The notes below the pieces were generated by a model. It was not told where the DNA came from. It did no database searches and worked only from the letters and a program-made list of their open reading frames with translations. Positions 33,365-44,110 of a DNA stretch of 64,000 nt are shown here, piece after piece. Position 1 is the stretch's first letter. The number at the start of each line of letters is the position of its first letter. The stretch is taken from assembly GCA_963701095.1 (NCBI GenBank), contig OY969564.1, positions 800,001-864,000 on the forward strand, written 5' to 3'. The DNA comes from an uncultured Methanoregulaceae archaeon. Lineage in GTDB: Archaea > Halobacteriota > Methanomicrobia > Methanomicrobiales > Methanospirillaceae. Made by a program: the position numbers and the translations under genes.

Positions 33365-33684
33365 CGAGCGCCGAACCGTTCGCATACGGGATATGTGGGT
33401 TAACTCGTGACCAGTTCCGGCATTACACTCCGGCAGAATTCGATGTGCTCTACCAAGCCCGGTGTAAAGCGAGAGATGAGCCGCTGTTTGCTTTCGACGC
33501 CATGAACGCGGTGCTGTGCATGGTGATAGCCCGGTGTGCCGGAAACAAGGACGCAAAGCCAGACGATTTCCTGACCCTTCTGCGGGAAACGAATGAAAAT
33601 GACGAGGTACCGGCAATGGGCGATAGTCCGGCTACAATACAACGGAAACTGGAACTTATGGCAGTATCGATGAGGCAACGGTAA
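33340..33684 (+). CDS. Tail assembly chaperone extension (gpT-like, -1 frame)
   Basis: GLTRDQFRHYTPAEF motif, -1 frame relative to upstream chaperone. Confidence 0.65.
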   Translation, partial: KKCARRWITSAEPFAYGICGLTRDQFRHYTPAEFDVLYQARCKARDEPLFAFDAMNAVLCMVIARCAGNKDAKPDDFLTLLRETNENDEVPAMGDSPATIQRKLELMAVSMRQR

Positions 33685-33770
33685 TGGGAATGGCGATAAA
33701 TTGGAGAACTTAGCATAGTAGAAGAAAATGGAGAATATCAAGGGGTTTTAGCTAAAAAAGAGAATAGGAG

Positions 33771-34475
33771 TTATCCCCAGCCCATAAGCTCGTACGTGAT
33801 GGAACCACTTGGGAAATTTGAAATCATCTTGACAGGAACCGGAATGCCTGATGCTGACCAATAGGTAAAGGTCGTTTCATTCACCAATCTGGTATATTTG
33901 CTAGCATTAGGATAGGATCCCGCCGGCACTGAAACTGGTTCAATGTCTACAAAAGTGAGCGGTGTTGCCGTGTTGAAACTTGTTACTGCATCTAGTGAGG
34001 TCTGACCTGGAGGAATGTTCGTTGTTGTTTTCTGGCCATTGAACGTAATTGTCATCGTCCCACCGAGTAAAGAGTTCATCGACAAATCATAGTAAGTATC
34101 ATAAACCGTGTTTAAACCGTTTGTCGAAGATGTCATGGTAATTTTTGAATGGATTGCCGATTGCCCTTGATAAGTTCCGATGGACCTCTCCACCTTCATA
34201 TCCATCACTATAGTGTTACCACCAGTCGCTGTTGTAGCCTGATATTCAAACCAATTGAAGTTCGTTCCGAAGACCGATGAGGAATTTACGATCGAACCTG
34301 CTTGAGGCAATGCCAACGAAGGATTTGATGGCGGGCTGGTCGCAGAAGGAGTGCCCGACGATGTGGGAACGGATACATTCGAAGATGGAGGGGTAGTTTG
34401 AGATGTACAACCCATAAAAGTGATCGCAATAACCACAAGCATAACTGAAATTATACCGACAAATGCTGATTTCAT
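33771..34475 (-). CDS. Putative lipoprotein/surface protein (cargo)
   Basis: Signal with lipobox FMGC, Ser/Pro/Thr linker, VSVPAGSY. Confidence 0.7.
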   Translation of the reverse strand: MKSAFVGIISVMLVVIAITFMGCTSQTTPPSSNVSVPTSSGTPSATSPPSNPSLALPQAGSIVNSSSVFGTNFNWFEYQATTATGGNTIVMDMKVERSIGTYQGQSAIHSKITMTSSTNGLNTVYDTYYDLSMNSLLGGTMTITFNGQKTTTNIPPGQTSLDAVTSFNTATPLTFVDIEPVSVPAGSYPNASKYTRLVNETTFTYWSASGIPVPVKMISNFPSGSITYELMGWG

Positions 34476-34662
34476 TGGTATCCTCCAAAGATTTGAACAG
34501 AAATCACAAAAATCCGTTTTCGTGTATTTGAAATCTTGAATGTTAGGATTGATTGATAATAGTTCATATTTCGGAAATATTTAATAATTTCCAAATTATT
34601 CAAACAAACATTATCGCGACACCTATCCCCATGATTCAGTAATTTATTCAAAATTAAACCTT

Positions 34663-34776
34663 TTTTCCCAATCCCTCCATTTTCCGTGCGATTTTGCCGA
34701 ATTCATGCTCGGCTATAATCCGGCAAAACACCACTATATTCAATGGAAGCAGGCGCTATCATCGTCCGGTTGAATC
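34663..34776 (+). repeat. Promoter module copy 4 plus first 11 codons of tape measure gene (114-bp direct repeat of 35766-35879)
   Basis: Three mismatches over 114 bp by eye; offset 1103 bp. Confidence 0.9.
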
Positions 34777-34820
34777 GCTCTTACTACTTTTGGTCTGGGC
34801 GGTCCTTGCTGGAATAATTC

Positions 34821-35657
34821 TTACACATTCAACATTTCCGGCAACTTTCTCGCCCATGACTTGATCTTATCTCCCTCCTGAAAATCCGTTGAGGGAATAT
34901 TTTTGTTTTTTGCGAAACGTGTCGTGAAGCTAAGTTTTTTCTGACCCGGTGCAGCGGTAAAAAAGATTGAGGAGACCGGAGAGATTGGAGATAATGCCAT
35001 TTTCACGTTTGTCATCACAGAGTCAGGATTCATTCCCTCAAGACCAACAGCAAAAATGGCTACCGGCATGTGTGACAACTGTTCGCTAAAACGTTTTTTT
35101 GTAAAATTTCCAATATCCCCTAAACCTGTTGGTCCGGTAAAAATCGGTACTCCGATAATAACCGCAGAATAATTTTCCAGCGAGGACACGTTTTTCATAT
35201 CAGCTACATCAATAGTATATTCTGCCGTACGCAGTTCGTTTCCGATCTCCTGCGCGATTTCTGGTGTTGATCCGAGGAGTGATGAATAGGTAATGAGAAT
35301 ACGATTGCCGTAAAACTCTCCTCCGTTGTAAGATTCCCCGGATAAGGGCATATTTGTCTTTGTATATCTGTCACTCCAGGAATCCGGAACATATATTCCA
35401 TTGCCTGATGTCGACAACGAAGTCCGGTTTTGACGTTTCAATTCCTGCAGAAGGTGCGAGTGTACAAAATGCCATCGGCAATAATCTAAACATATAGCCC
35501 CAGAAAGTAAAACGACAAAGATGCCGATGTCAAAACCCCTAAAAGGAAGGATTGTAAAACGAAGCTGTGGAATAATGAAGAATAAAATAACAGCTGTCAC
35601 GAGTACTTTCAGAACAAATATTTTCCAATTATTGAAGTATCCAGTAATATAATCCAT
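34821..35657 (-). CDS. Membrane-anchored flavodoxin-domain (HemG-like) protein (cargo)
   Basis: Two N-terminal TMs; ILITYSSLLGSTPEIA, YSAVIIGVPI, PVAIFAVG. Confidence 0.75.
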   Translation of the reverse strand: MDYITGYFNNWKIFVLKVLVTAVILFFIIPQLRFTILPFRGFDIGIFVVLLSGAICLDYCRWHFVHSHLLQELKRQNRTSLSTSGNGIYVPDSWSDRYTKTNMPLSGESYNGGEFYGNRILITYSSLLGSTPEIAQEIGNELRTAEYTIDVADMKNVSSLENYSAVIIGVPIFTGPTGLGDIGNFTKKRFSEQLSHMPVAIFAVGLEGMNPDSVMTNVKMALSPISPVSSIFFTAAPGQKKLSFTTRFAKNKNIPSTDFQEGDKIKSWARKLPEMLNV

Positions 35658-35695
35658 GAATTAACAAATACTATTCACATTAAATTTATAAAGAT

Positions 35696-35710
35696 GATTT
35701 CTACAGAGCC
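35696..35710 (-). repeat. Dispersed repeat GGCTCTGTAGAAATC, inverted copy
   Basis: GATTTCTACAGAGCC on + strand. Confidence 0.6.
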
Positions 35711-35765
35711 AAAAAAAAATCCTAATAAGTGATTTCGAAATAAATTATTCTCCTCAAACCACCCC

Positions 35766-35848
35766 TTTTCCCAATCCCTCCATTTTCCGTGCGATTTTGC
35801 CGAATTCATGCTCGGCTATAATCCGGCAAAACACCACTATATTCAATG
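35766..35848 (+). promoter_or_regulatory. Conserved virion-gene promoter module, copy 5
   Basis: GCCGAATTCATGCTCGGCTATAA (35799) ... ATATTCA-ATG (35846). Confidence 0.8.
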
Positions 35849-37642
35849 GAAGCTGGCGCTATCACCGTCCGGTTAAATCTGGATGCGTCCGGGATGCAGG
35901 GCGGTATCTCCAGCCTCAACCAGGGCATAACCGGCGTTGCTGCACAGTTCGATGTCCTCCAGTATGCGGCATCGGCCGTGTTCGGGTACGTCGAACAGGG
36001 ATTCAGTGATACCGTCGGTACTGCCATTGCGTACTCTGACCAGATGCAGCACGTCTCTGATGTAACCGGCATGAGTGCTGAATCTGCGCAGAAATGGAAC
36101 GCCGCCAATATCTCGGTTGGCGGTTCCCTGGATTCGATGCTCTCTTCGCTCCAGATGGTACAGGGTAAGATCGCCGACACAACCACCGCTGGCAATACCT
36201 ACCGGAAAACCCTGGACGATCTGGGCATCGCGTACAAAGATGTCAACGGCAATTATCTCGACGCCGATACCCTCCAGAAAAACATCCTTGAAAGCCTCAG
36301 CAAAGTAACCGATGCCACCCAGCGGGACTCGGATGCCCGGCTTATCTATGGCCGGGGATGGGCAAGCAATGCCGAACTTATCACGAACGCCACTAAAGCC
36401 CTCCAGACCTATAACGCGACCCCGGCGCCATTCTCCGACGACCAGATAGCCGCTGCCCACAACATGGGAATCGAGCTTGACGAGTTCAATGCCAAACTCT
36501 CCATTACCCAGACCACCCTTGGCATGGAACTGTTACCATCGGTAAACACCTTGGTAACCACATTCAGTTCGGCTTTCAATGAGGACAGCCCGGTCATCAC
36601 CTTTTTCTCATGGCTTGATGGAGCGATTGAAGATTCCGTCGAAGGGTTCGCAAAACTCGTTGGCGGTATCGAAGCCGGCACCATCGCCGTCGCGGATATT
36701 ACCAGCGGGAAAGGACTTGCCCAGGCAACGGCAGATTTCCAGGCCCAGGAAAACAAGACCACCGCTTACATCACCAACCTCCACGGTCAGTTCGATCTCT
36801 CAAAAGAGGCGATGGCTCAAACCTCATCGCCCGCCGAAGCCGCAAGTACCCCTGCCGCCACAACGCCGTCAGATACCACGCCTGCCAAAGCGGCAAAGAG
36901 TACCAAAACCACCACACCAAAAACTGGCTCCGGGTGGGACGATGCCGCCATTGGTCCACCGGGTTCCGAAATGAACCAGTTCATGATGCAGGCAGAGGCA
37001 GCGGGGCAATCCTATAGCGATGCCCTTGACCTCTGGGCCGGAGAAGGCCAGGGTACCCCGGCAAACATTGCGTTCCTGCAGCAGTTCCAGGCCGGACAGG
37101 CAAACCAGGGCATGAATGAGCGGGCAGCCGCAGATTCCGGTAGCACGAGTACAACCACCCCGGCCAGCACGACAAAGACCGCCGATGCCCCGAGCCAGTA
37201 CGATACCCAGCTCAAAGCCGCCCAGAAATTTTACAGCGACCTGCAGGCACTGGAGACCACGCAGCTTACGGCCTTAAACAAGATCGAACAGACGTACTGG
37301 ACAAACGTTACCCAGATGGCTCAGGCAGCGCTTGCCGACTGGCAGAGCATCGCCACCCAGATCTCCAGTATCATTGCGTACGAGAATACAATAACGGCGA
37401 AAAACGGGGTGGCACAGTCCCAACCTTTGGCTGCCCAGACCGTCACCGGTTCTTCCATCAGCACCGCGAACCCAAACACGTCGATAACCGCAGGAAGTCC
37501 CGGTGGAAATACAGCGCCATCCGCTCCGGCGATAACCGTCAACGTCACCGCTCCCTCAACCGACGCCGGCGATATCGTCAACGCTGCAAGGAACGCCCTC
37601 CAGGTAGCCGGTAACAGTGTATCGGCAGGGAGCCTGTACTGA
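35846..37642 (+). CDS. Tape measure protein
   Basis: GAITVRLNLDAS N-terminus, Ala/Thr-rich helical, follows chaperones. Confidence 0.8.
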   Translation: MEAGAITVRLNLDASGMQGGISSLNQGITGVAAQFDVLQYAASAVFGYVEQGFSDTVGTAIAYSDQMQHVSDVTGMSAESAQKWNAANISVGGSLDSMLSSLQMVQGKIADTTTAGNTYRKTLDDLGIAYKDVNGNYLDADTLQKNILESLSKVTDATQRDSDARLIYGRGWASNAELITNATKALQTYNATPAPFSDDQIAAAHNMGIELDEFNAKLSITQTTLGMELLPSVNTLVTTFSSAFNEDSPVITFFSWLDGAIEDSVEGFAKLVGGIEAGTIAVADITSGKGLAQATADFQAQENKTTAYITNLHGQFDLSKEAMAQTSSPAEAASTPAATTPSDTTPAKAAKSTKTTTPKTGSGWDDAAIGPPGSEMNQFMMQAEAAGQSYSDALDLWAGEGQGTPANIAFLQQFQAGQANQGMNERAAADSGSTSTTTPASTTKTADAPSQYDTQLKAAQKFYSDLQALETTQLTALNKIEQTYWTNVTQMAQAALADWQSIATQISSIIAYENTITAKNGVAQSQPLAAQTVTGSSISTANPNTSITAGSPGGNTAPSAPAITVNVTAPSTDAGDIVNAARNALQVAGNSVSAGSLY

Positions 37643-38523
37643 TGTATTTTACCTGGACGCCGCCGGGAGGCTCGCCGGGCCTGACCTTCTCCGGAAGTGC
37701 CCCGGATTACCGGCTGCTCAAGGGATACGACGGCCTTGAGGCAATGGCCAGTGTCGTCATGACCGCGAAATCCCTGTATCTGGACGGGGAATTTATAATC
37801 GCTACCCCGTGGCTGGACGACCGGTCAATCACCATCCCGCTCATGATTATCTCCACCGACGGCACTCTCCCCACCCTCCAGGCCGAAGTCCTCACGCTGG
37901 TTTCTGCCTTAAATCCGAAAAATGGCATCGGAACTCTGACTTTCTACAACGATGCCGGGGCGGCCTATGCCATCAATTGCGTCAACGATACCGGTTCCCC
38001 GGCCATGGATACCAACGTCCGGGGGCTGACGTACTGGCAGTGCACCCTCAAGTTCAAGGCATACGATCCAACGTGGTACAACCCGGTCGCCGGGACAAAC
38101 CCGTTCCAGACCTTCTATAACGGGTGGTCATATCCCCGCAGTTATCCCGAAAGTTACGGGATGGCAAACACGACTCTGGGATGCACCAACAACGGCAACA
38201 CGCCCACATGGTTTACGGCCGTGGTGACCGGCCCTGTGGCCAATCCCGTTATCACGAACCTTGCCACCGGGGAATTCCTCCAGTCAAGCCAGATCCTCTC
38301 GGCGGGGGACACCCTCACCATCAGCACGAAACCCCGGGCATGCACCGCGACCTACACCCCCTCCGGTGGCAGCCCAATAAACGCCATGAAAACAATGTCG
38401 CTCAACAGCACCTTTTTCCTGCTTCCTTCCGGGGTAACCGCGATCACCTACGCTTCGAGCCTGAACATCCAGAGCGGATCCACTATGACCATTACCTGGA
38501 ACGACCGGTGGGCGGCGATCTAA
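37642..38523 (+). CDS. Distal tail (Dit-like) protein
   Basis: LKFKAYDPTWY, NNGNTPT..GPVANPVITN, FFLLPSG. Confidence 0.8.
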   Translation: MYFTWTPPGGSPGLTFSGSAPDYRLLKGYDGLEAMASVVMTAKSLYLDGEFIIATPWLDDRSITIPLMIISTDGTLPTLQAEVLTLVSALNPKNGIGTLTFYNDAGAAYAINCVNDTGSPAMDTNVRGLTYWQCTLKFKAYDPTWYNPVAGTNPFQTFYNGWSYPRSYPESYGMANTTLGCTNNGNTPTWFTAVVTGPVANPVITNLATGEFLQSSQILSAGDTLTISTKPRACTATYTPSGGSPINAMKTMSLNSTFFLLPSGVTAITYASSLNIQSGSTMTITWNDRWAAI

Positions 38524-38541
38524 ATCCCGGCAGCGAATCCT

Positions 38542-40870
38542 ATGCCCCTCTGGGTCTTTGACCCGACCTTAAACGCCATCGGCATCATCGACGGGTACCA
38601 GTACCTGTCCTGGACGCGGGACTTCCGGGGCGTCGGTGCGATGAAATTAGAGGTAGCCAAAGGTCTCGCCCGCGACAACCTGGGGAATTCCCTGGTCCAG
38701 CCGGGGAACTTCTTTGGCCTGTACCGGAACGGCTGGTGGCGGATAGCCCGGATCACGCAGGGAAGCATTGCGTGGAAAGCGGACGACACCACGAATTCAG
38801 ACCTCTGGACGATTACCTGCGCTGACGGCAAAGGTATTCTCAACCAGCGGCTGTGCCTTACCGACACAACGACCGGCACCGGATACAATTCCCTTGCCAC
38901 CGATGCGGAGACGGTCATCCGGACACTGATTACCGAAGAGATGATGGCCAATGCTAATCCCGACCGCAACATCCCCCAGCTCGTCCTTGAGACAATCAAC
39001 CAAAGCCGTGGCGGGACCGTCACGATTGACGCCCGGTTTGACTATGTTATGGATACGATCACGGAGGTACTCAACCAGAGCGGGTTTCTCGGCCTGGAAG
39101 TCCGGATGAACCCCGCCGTAACGCCGCCAACGCTTGTCCCGACCATGATCGTCGGCACCGACCGCACCCAGTCCGTGTTTTTCACCCCGAAGTTCTCCAA
39201 CGTCCGGGAACTGGACTATTCCTTCGATATTTCTAAGTCCCGGAACGCGGCTCTCGTGGCCGTTCCGGTACCGGCGCCGCACGGACACAGTCCTGGGTAA
39301 CCGTCGATAATTCCTTCTACCCGATGGGACGCCTTGGTTTCTCAACCACAGTCTGTTCTCTTGCAGACTGCGGGAACGGGATCCTGGTCTTCGGTGCCAA
39401 TGACGGGTTCATCTACCGGAGCACCACCAACGGCAGTACGTGGACGCAGATCACCGGGCTGGACTCCGGATCCGTTTCCGCACTCCTGTTCGTCAACAAC
39501 ATGGTTATCGCAGGAACCTCCCCGAACGCGAAACTCTGGGTATCGTATGACCTCGGCCTGACGTGGACACTTCTGGCAACGCTTCTTACCCAGGATGGAT
39601 CGACCACCATCAGCTGCCTTGCCTGCGACGGCCGGCCCGATGTGCTCACGACCACAGTAACCGCTACCACGGGTATTAACGACAGCCCGGGCATGATCAA
39701 CGATAGCGAAACGGTGGGCTGGACGGGTGCCATCAATATCTATGCCGGCACTGGCGGAAGCGGCAAAGGGACCGCCTGGATGGCGAACCTGAATTCCCTC
39801 TCGTCGTGGTCAAGCCTCGGTGCTCTCACCGGCGGCGATACGGCTGTGAGCGCCATGATCTATGCCGGCGTAGCCGGTGCCAACGGTGCCCCCACGTGGT
39901 CAACGCACGTCACCACCGATTCCAATCCCATCCCCGCATGCCCCCGGGGTGTATGGCCGCCGCGGGAAGCTCGGGAAACCTGTACTGGTTCGGGCAGGTA
40001 CTGGCCGGGATCGATGCGGTCTACCTGCAGGAGGGGCCGCAGAGCGTTGGCTACCAGACGGCGGTATGGGGGCCGTTGCAATGGAACCTCATTTACACCT
40101 TTCCCGGGGTGACGGCTGTACCGGTGCTTCTCGCAGCAGCGAACGGCGATGTCCTTGCTGGCTGTGCACCCGGCGGCGAGCTCTTCCGGTGTTCGGGGGG
40201 TCTTGTGTCCTGCCAGAACCTGATCAACCCTAACCAGTGGGCGTACGTGACCCGGCTTGGTACCGGGAAGCTGACGGTCAGCTGCATGGTTGACGGCGGG
40301 CAGGGGCTGTTGTATGCCGGGGTCAGCGGCGGTACCAATGCCCAGGTGTACCGGAGCCTGGATTACGGGGCTACCTGGGTATCGCTCGGGAACGTAGGGA
40401 CGGAAACCGGGGTCTTTGTGCTCAACCTATCGCCGACGGGGTACCTGGTGCTGGGCACATCTCCTTCCGGCGCCATCTACCAGGCCATGAACGTCAGCCT
40501 TGGTAAAATCCCGACCGGCATGAACCGTTCGGAAATCCTGGTGGACGCTTCCGACGCCCAGAGCGCCGGCACTATCACGGCACAGGGAGCCCAGACGATC
40601 ACCGATCTCGCGGAAGTGGATACCCTTACCTGTATCCTCCAGCCGGGAAGCGATACGTTTGTTTACGGGACGGATTTTGATCTCGGCGATATGGTCACCG
40701 TCGTGTACCCGGGCATCGTGCAGAAAAGCGCCCGGATCCTGACGATCCTTGAAGAATATTCCTTAACTGACGGCGAACAGGACACGATCACGCTCGGGAG
40801 CACCGGTACCGATCTGGTCAGTATCGTCAAGAAAGCGAACAAAGCAAACACGAAAGCCAGGAGGAAATGA
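38542..40870 (+). CDS. Tail tip/hub protein (ReqiPepy6 Gp37-like) with inserted Asp-box/BNR region; frameshifts near 39260 and 39950
   Basis: GIIDGYQYLSWTRDFRGVG N-terminus; YGTDFDLGDMVTV C-terminus; SxDxGxTW repeats between. Confidence 0.7.
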
Positions 40871-42150
40871 CGATGACGATTACCTACGGTTACTTTGCAT
40901 CAGCCACCGGCGATATCCGGCAGTATCTCCAGACCGACGACGCGAACCTGTTCCGGCAGTGGTGGACGAACGGCATCATGAACAGTTTTACGAATTCGCT
41001 CCAGGTAACGGCTCTCGCCAGCCCGAATATGTCAGTGAACATTGCGATAGGCGGCTGCCTTATTGACGGGTACTGGATGTACAGCAATGCCGTCGTGAAC
41101 CTGCCGATTGCGCCGAATACCTCCGGGAACCCGCGTATCGACCGGGTCATTGTGACCATCGATGAAGTAAATGCTCGTGCCATCCAGATCACGGTTCTTC
41201 TGGGTACTCCGGCTGCATCCCCGGTACCGCCAACCCTTACCCAGAATACCGGCACAACCTTCCAGTTGTCGCTTGCCCAGGTCGCGGTCGCCAGCGGTAC
41301 AAACCAGATCCTGGCAGGAAACATCACCGACGAACGCTGGACCCAGGTACTGCGGCGTAATGGCAGCGACAATGGGGAAGTTCTCCATACAATCGGATGG
41401 TTCCCTGAACGGCGGCGGGATGAATATCCATAACATTGCCGATCCGGTGAGCCCTCAGGACGCGGCGACACTTCATTATGTAACCAATCTCATGGGCTCG
41501 AATCAGACCCGGTAAAAATATCCACGCTGACTTCCGGGACCTCGTTTACAATCCAGGCTTCCACGCAGTATGTAGATATTATTCTTGTAGGTGGATGCGG
41601 CGGCGGAGGTGGTGGCGGTGGAGGATACTCTGGCGGTACGTGGGCTGCTGGGGGTGGTGGCGGTGGAGGTACAGGAGCCTGTCTCCAGGAATATGGTATC
41701 CCCGTCTCCGGAAATATACCGTATACCATCGCAATCGGCATGGCTGGCACGGGGGGTAGTGGCGGTGGCGTAAACAGTGCCGGTGGGGCTGGCGGAAGCG
41801 GTGGAAGCACATCAATCACTATCAATGGCATCACGTACATTGCAGGAGGAGGCGGTGGCGGTGGTGCCGGATCACCGGCGGGATCCAATCGTGCAGGAGG
41901 TGCATCATCTGGTGGAGGGGGAGGAGGTGTATCCGGCGGTTCTACTGTTCTGGGTATCTTAGGATCGTCCGGCGTCGGTGGCAGTGCCGGATCCGGTGCC
42001 TATCCCGGTGGTGGCGGTGGCGGCTGCTACGGGTTTTATTCTGCCACCTGTTACGGTGGTTCTGGTGGTTCTGGAGGAGGCCCCGGAGGGGGCGGAAATG
42101 CAGGATCTGCCGGAACGGCCGGGTTTATGATTATTGTGGAATGGTCATAA
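40867..42150 (+). CDS. Tail fibre/baseplate protein with Gly-rich C-terminus; frameshifts near 41350 and 41505
   Basis: NPRIDRVIV..GTPAASPVPPTL..ITDER; IHNIADPVSPQDAATLHYV; LVGGCGGGGG..GFMIIVEW. Confidence 0.7.
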
Positions 42151-42355
42151 TCCTTTTTTTAATAATACATTGTTAAAAACGAATCAATGAAAAACTGTTA
42201 GGCCAACGAAATCGCTGCCGGATTAAAATATTTTTCTAAGTCTAAATCACCTTACAAAACAAATATTTTATTGAGTGAAAGTGTCTCAAAAATTCTTAAC
42301 GCATTTAAATTTTTCATTCAGAGCGTTAATATGATAAATAATCAAATTAGGAAAT

Positions 42356-42871
42356 ATGAGTGGCACTCTTGATGACAAGGACATGTGGCAATATGCGCTT
42401 CAACAAGATTTACACATGATTACCGAGTTTGGCTTGGGAATTGTTGGTATAGGTGCATTATTTGTTGCGTACACATCAGCCGACCCCGTTAAATTTCCCG
42501 GCTTACAAGGAATTATCGCAGTTATTGGCCTTGCTGGATCATTGATAATATTTTGTCATATTGTTGAAACTGGATTGGATTTTTGGAATTTTAAAAAAAC
42601 TCTAACGGCCACAAATAGATGTTTCTTTTATAGATTTGATAAATCCCGAGGACAATTGCGGAATTTTTCGTTTGGAAAATTATTCAGGTGTTTTCCTATA
42701 ACTCTTTTAATGGGATATTTCATGTTCATGGTAGCGTTGGCATGGATTGTGTTACTAATCGATCTACCGGCATTTGGAGTTACATTATCACCTTTATTTC
42801 TGGTTTATATTTCCATAGTAGTATTTGTTATGTTTGCAATAGTTTACAATTTAAAAATAAGGGAGTTATGA
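42356..42871 (+). CDS. Four-TM membrane protein (cargo)
   Basis: Hydrophobic helices, AT-rich. Confidence 0.6.
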   Translation: MSGTLDDKDMWQYALQQDLHMITEFGLGIVGIGALFVAYTSADPVKFPGLQGIIAVIGLAGSLIIFCHIVETGLDFWNFKKTLTATNRCFFYRFDKSRGQLRNFSFGKLFRCFPITLLMGYFMFMVALAWIVLLIDLPAFGVTLSPLFLVYISIVVFVMFAIVYNLKIREL

Positions 42872-42950
42872 GATTAAGTTTGCTGTTGTGTTTACTGTTG
42901 ATTCCAATTCTTTACCTCATTAATTTTATTAAATAACTAAAACACACCAG

Positions 42951-43307
42951 ATGAGAAATAATTTATATTCAAATAGCCTTTTCCAGAATATGTATCAAAT
43001 ATCCCCACGTGATTTTTCCCAATTAAATGCTGAAATTAACAGCGAAATTGAGAAAGTCTTATTAAAATTTGTAGCCGACGGGAAAATCAAAATGATTACC
43101 GAGGGAAAATCATTAACATCCTCTGGCGACGGCGAGAAACGAAAAAGAGGCAGGCCACGTAAGGTAAAAATCGAATTGAAAGAGAAAAGACCGCGGGGCA
43201 GACCGCGTAAAATCAAAACTGCTGAAACAAAACCCGCCGACGGTCAAAAACGCAAACCCGGCAGACCGAAAAAACTTGTAATTGCAGAATCTGATCATTA
43301 CGATTGA
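42951..43307 (+). CDS. Small protein with three AT-hook motifs
   Basis: KRGRPRK, PRGRPRK, KPGRPKK. Confidence 0.7.
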   Translation: MRNNLYSNSLFQNMYQISPRDFSQLNAEINSEIEKVLLKFVADGKIKMITEGKSLTSSGDGEKRKRGRPRKVKIELKEKRPRGRPRKIKTAETKPADGQKRKPGRPKKLVIAESDHYD

Positions 43308-43444
43308 TGGCAGGACATCTCGCATCTTTTAACGTTTTTATTCAGTGTTTATCTCATGACTATGAAAATGAGAATATATAGCGTAAACTTATTAATATGA
43401 ATGATATATCATATTTTGTCTTTATTCATCTAAAATTATAGGAG

Positions 43445-44047
43445 GTGAACTATTTGACAACGTTGTTAGATTTTTTGTCGATTGGAAAGCAATTAGATGA
43501 GCTGTACGAATTCCTAAAGAAAGTTAAAAGCGATATTAGTGAATACTCTCGGGAATTGTCAAATAAAGAGATAAAACAAGTCCTTAAGGATTTCAAGAAG
43601 GGGGTGGCAGAAACCCATATAATTTGTATTAAAATTATTGAAGCCGACGAAGTTGAAAAACAAATGCTTGGTAAATCACTAAATATAAGCAAAAAAGAAC
43701 GAGAAGAGATTGGCCAAAAAATAGGGTTAATAGCACAAGAATTGGAAAGAATTGTTAAAATCCCAGCTGTCGATCATTTCATAGGAGAAAGACCGGTGTT
43801 ATCAAAGCAGATGTATCGAACTATGAAGATGAGGGCGATGGTAAAGAGGGTATGGTTTGAAGAAGCAGAATCTCTTAAGGCTATTCCTGATGAGGAATTA
43901 TACGATAGGAAAATAAGAATTAAGAATGATCCTACGTATGATATTGAACATGCGTTACAAATCCTTTTTATTAAACACATGAAACAACTGGATAGAAGTG
44001 CTGTGGAATTGATAAAAGTTTTAGATACAACAATTGATTCACTTTAA
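43445..44047 (+). CDS. Hypothetical helical protein
   Basis: RBS AGGAG before GTG; 200 aa. Confidence 0.55.
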   Translation: MNYLTTLLDFLSIGKQLDELYEFLKKVKSDISEYSRELSNKEIKQVLKDFKKGVAETHIICIKIIEADEVEKQMLGKSLNISKKEREEIGQKIGLIAQELERIVKIPAVDHFIGERPVLSKQMYRTMKMRAMVKRVWFEEAESLKAIPDEELYDRKIRIKNDPTYDIEHALQILFIKHMKQLDRSAVELIKVLDTTIDSL

Positions 44048-44110
44048 AAATATGATAGGGAAAATCCCTACAATATTTTGAAAATTGATTTAGGTAACCA
44101 TCATCTAAAT

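Larger units (their letters stand above)
7457..42150 (+). mobile_element. Head-tail (siphovirus-like) provirus virion module interrupted by four cargo slots; part of a larger island ending at tRNA-Thr ~49043
   Basis: Canonical order terS-terL-portal-protease-capsid-neck-tail tube-chaperones-TMP-Dit-hub-fibre. Confidence 0.9.

Noticed and set aside
19176..35879. Promoter repeats as integron attC sites or IS ends
   Set aside because: No integron integrase or transposase in the window, no long palindrome in all copies, and fixed spacing to TATAA and ATG fits a promoter better
41590..42120. GGN-rich low-complexity DNA as a non-coding repeat
   Set aside because: Explained by the Gly-rich tail fibre domain
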